Shown in pieces: positions 31,586 to 32,000 of a stretch of DNA of 32,000 bases (the stretch's first letter is position 1; each line of letters starts with the position of its first letter). The stretch covers positions 210,001 through 242,000 of the forward strand of contig JBEKXS010000001.1 of assembly GCA_049511795.1 (NCBI GenBank), in the 5' to 3' direction. The notes below the pieces were generated by a model that saw nothing but the letters and a program-made list of their open reading frames with translations, ran no database searches and was not told the origin of the DNA. A program made the translations under genes and the position numbers. This DNA is from Candidatus Saccharimonadota bacterium (lineage in GTDB: Archaea > Nanobdellota > Nanobdellia > Pacearchaeales > GW2011-AR1).

Positions 31586-32000
31586 TTTCTTCTTCTCCTT
31601 CGATTTCTTCTCTTCTTACTACGCGAACATTATCAATTTTGATTGTTACAGGCAAAGGAACAACTGCTCCAAGTAAACTGACAACTACTTCTTCCTTCTG
31701 CTTGTCAATTCTTAAAACTTTTGCTTTTTCACCCTTAAGTGTTGAACCGATTATTTCAACAATGTCGCCTTCTTTTATATCTATGTTTTCAACAGAAGGC
31801 TCCACCATATTTTTTATTTCTTCATAGGTTATTGTTTTTCCTATGATTCCCTTTACATAAGGAAGATTAAATACAGCTTCTTCAGCGCTTTCCCTGTCTT
31901 CTGCTTCCAAAAGAACATAGCCACGAAGGCCATGAGGCCTTAGGACAGCATATGCATTAAGATTCTTTTTCTCAATTCTATCTGCTATCATGTCGACTGC
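31575..32000 (-). CDS. spt5: Transcription elongation factor Spt5 (NusG), N-terminus outside the window
   Basis: NGN domain ...LRGYVLLEAEDRESAEEAV..LPYVKGI and KOW motif GDIVEIIGSTLKGEKAKVLRIDKQKEEVVV. The frame stays open to the window edge (AVD precedes the M at 31991), and about 15 N-terminal residues of a normal NGN domain are missing. It overlaps the L11 start by 11 nt. Confidence 0.85.
   Translation of the reverse strand, partial: AVDMIADRIEKKNLNAYAVLRPHGLRGYVLLEAEDRESAEEAVFNLPYVKGIIGKTITYEEIKNMVEPSVENIDIKEGDIVEIIGSTLKGEKAKVLRIDKQKEEVVVSLLGAVVPLPVTIKIDNVRVVRREEIEGEEENAS

Noticed and set aside
1-32000. Scan for CRISPR arrays, rRNA genes, IS elements, toxin-antitoxin pairs or recognisable defence genes
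   Set aside because: I found no regularly spaced direct repeats, no transposase or integrase-like ORFs, and no nuclease/ATPase pairs typical of defence systems. The only nuclease-like ORF (6613-7032) fits a housekeeping Hjc-type resolvase.

Overview
AT-rich, very tightly packed archaeal chromosome segment. Genes are separated by 0-40 nt, with several ATGA start/stop overlaps and TATA boxes about 25 nt upstream of ATGs. The information-processing genes are clearly archaeal: Cbf5, TrmY, PCNA, PriS-type primase, Spt5, RpoP, L37Ae, prefoldin beta and SepF. The compactness, a fused cysteine-free primase, a very small archaeosortase-like gene and the abundance of N/T/S/Q/C-rich surface proteins suggest a DPANN-type archaeon (Pacearchaeota/Woesearchaeota-like). 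That placement is inference only. Layout: housekeeping genes lie at 1-7.6 kb (two DNA glycosylases, Cbf5-TrmY, acylphosphatase, class II LysRS, HD hydrolase, Hjc-like nuclease) and at 29.5-32 kb (SepF, prefoldin beta, RpoP, L37Ae, tRNA-Pro, L11, Spt5). Between them, interrupted only by a divergent primase/PCNA pair, is a roughly 20 kb cell-envelope region. It holds two Cys-module surface proteins (7.6-10.8 kb), a seven-gene operon (13.07-20.51 kb), an S-layer gene with two tandem membrane-anchored paralogues (21.3-25.4 kb), and a DedA / mini-archaeosortase / PAP2 / sorting-tail surface protein cluster (25.4-28.9 kb). The best candidate for an undescribed system is the seven-gene operon. Six of its products begin with class III (prepilin-like) signal peptides, and it also encodes a >40-Cys secreted protein and an 805-aa two-ectodomain membrane protein. 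No pilus ATPase, platform protein or prepilin peptidase is present in the window. No CRISPR array, rRNA, transposase or integrase was seen. All family assignments come from motif recognition by eye; no database search was run.
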